Below, one piece after another: positions 26,070 through 27,284 of a DNA stretch of 27,284 nucleotides. Origin of the DNA: Candidatus Iainarchaeum sp. (GTDB taxonomy: Archaea; Iainarchaeota; Iainarchaeia; Iainarchaeales; DTGL01). The stretch covers positions 1 through 27,284 of the forward strand of contig JAWALG010000012.1 of NCBI GenBank assembly GCA_038886995.1, read 5' to 3'. Under the pieces are notes generated by a model. The model had not been told where the DNA came from, made no database searches, and was given only the letters and a program-made list of their open reading frames with translations. The position numbers and the translations under genes are program-made. The first letter of the stretch is position 1; each line of letters opens with the position of its first letter.

Positions 26070-26969
26070 TTGGCAAAAGCAGTTGGCGTTGATGTCGGTG
26101 GAACAAAGATGCTCTTCTTGCTTGTTGATGAAAAAGGCCGTGTGATAAGGAAGGAGAAGTTTTCTACTCCTTCTGATAAGAAACTTTTTCTTGAACTTCT
26201 TCTTAATGGTATTAAAAGAGTAAAGGGCAATGAAAGAATTGAAGGCATAGGTCTTGATTTTGCTGGCTTTATTGATAGTAGCACTGGCATAGTTCATTTT
26301 TCCCCAAACATGCCTTGGATCAACCGACTAAATTTTAAGGCATATTTGCAGAAGCATTTCAATGAACCTTTATTTTTCGAGAACGATGCAAATGCATTTG
26401 CTTTTGCAGAATATGCTGTTGGCTATAAGCGCAAATACAAAAACCTCGTTGGTATTACCTTAGGCACTGGGGTTGGTGGCGGGATAATCTGCAATGGTGA
26501 GTTATTTAAAGGCCGTGGCTACGGTGCTGAGCTCGGGCACATGATTATTGATCACTCTGCTGGAAAAGTTTGTGGTTGTGGTAACATTGGTTGCTTTGAG
26601 GCGTACTGCAATGGAAAGGCGCTTTTGGATAAGGCGAGAGAGAAAGGCCTTAACATAAGAAACAATGAAGAGTTGCATGGATTTCTGGAAAAAGGCGACG
26701 AAGCAGCCGTTGGAGCCATAGAAGATATTTCTAAGTATTTGGCAGTTGGCTTTGTTAATATAATAAATGTTTTTGATCCAGACGCAATTGTTGTTGGTGG
26801 CGGACTATCAAGGATTGGATTGCTCATTGAATTTGCAAGAAGGGAACTTTCAAATTATAAGCTCGTTAGGCAAGGCACAAAAATACTTCCTGCTAAATTA
26901 GGGGAATCTGCACCAGCCATCGGAGCTGCTATGCTTGCTTTTAAGCATAAAAAAAGCAAGCGCAAATAA
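26070..26969 (+). CDS. ROK family sugar kinase (probable glucokinase)
   Basis: GVDVGGTK, ENDANA, TLGTGVGGGI and ELGH..CGCGNIGCFE, with no N-terminal HTH. TTG 26070 follows GGTGA; the ORF track start is 26055. Confidence 0.92.
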   Translation: MAKAVGVDVGGTKMLFLLVDEKGRVIRKEKFSTPSDKKLFLELLLNGIKRVKGNERIEGIGLDFAGFIDSSTGIVHFSPNMPWINRLNFKAYLQKHFNEPLFFENDANAFAFAEYAVGYKRKYKNLVGITLGTGVGGGIICNGELFKGRGYGAELGHMIIDHSAGKVCGCGNIGCFEAYCNGKALLDKAREKGLNIRNNEELHGFLEKGDEAAVGAIEDISKYLAVGFVNIINVFDPDAIVVGGGLSRIGLLIEFARRELSNYKLVRQGTKILPAKLGESAPAIGAAMLAFKHKKSKRK

Positions 26970-26979
26970 TTCAGCTAAT

Positions 26980-27284
26980 TTATGCTGGCCTTCTATTAAT
27001 TCTATTTACTTTATTCGATCTTGGAATGTAGGGCCTTGGCTTTCTTTCAGGATACCTTGCTCTAAGTACTCTTTCAATTTCCTCGATAGGCACCCCTTTG
27101 CTCATTAGTTCCTTAACATCTTCCCTCGCCTTTAAAGCATTTTCAATCCTAGTGCCATATATGCTATCCCTTCTTCTTCGAATCCACTCCATTAAGAGCT
27201 GCATCTTTTCATGGCCTTCAACCCTTCTTTTATGCCAAAAAAGTATTTTTCTCAACTCCGCTTCAATAGCCCTTTTCTTTTTTG
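26980..27284 (-). CDS. Hypothetical basic protein, 5'-partial (frame open to window edge)
   Basis: The frame continues without a stop upstream of 27255 (KKKRAIEAELRKILF...). It is Arg/Lys-rich with no recognisable motif. Confidence 0.55.
   Translation of the reverse strand, partial: KKKRAIEAELRKILFWHKRRVEGHEKMQLLMEWIRRRRDSIYGTRIENALKAREDVKELMSKGVPIEEIERVLRARYPERKPRPYIPRSNKVNRINRRPA

Overview
Archaeal chromosomal window. The gene content, BRE-TATA promoters and GGTGA Shine-Dalgarno sites fit a DPANN-type lineage (inference). The left edge (1-1114) is accessory DNA: an integron attC-like hairpin, a decayed IS6-like transposase tail, and a Cys-rich protein with an EF-hand loop. It is followed by a long HerA/DUF87 ATPase; a minus-strand glmS-glmM-GlmU acetyltransferase-only operon; an HTH/S-layer-C-like regulator; a membrane protein; an SMC ATPase; a membrane-anchored S16 (Lon-like) protease; a SufS-type cysteine desulfurase; the conserved ftsZ-secE-spt5-rpl11-rpl1-rpl10-rpl12 cluster; ribose-1,5-bisphosphate isomerase; MarC; a pyrimidine-dimer glycosylase; gatE; PGI/PMI; a ROK kinase; and a partial ORF. 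The top finding is the 983-aa SMC protein (9951-12902). It has condensin-type Smc head motifs but no hinge domain, and carries a Rad50-type CPIC zinc hook at the midpoint of its coiled coil, suggesting a natural Smc/zinc-hook chimera.
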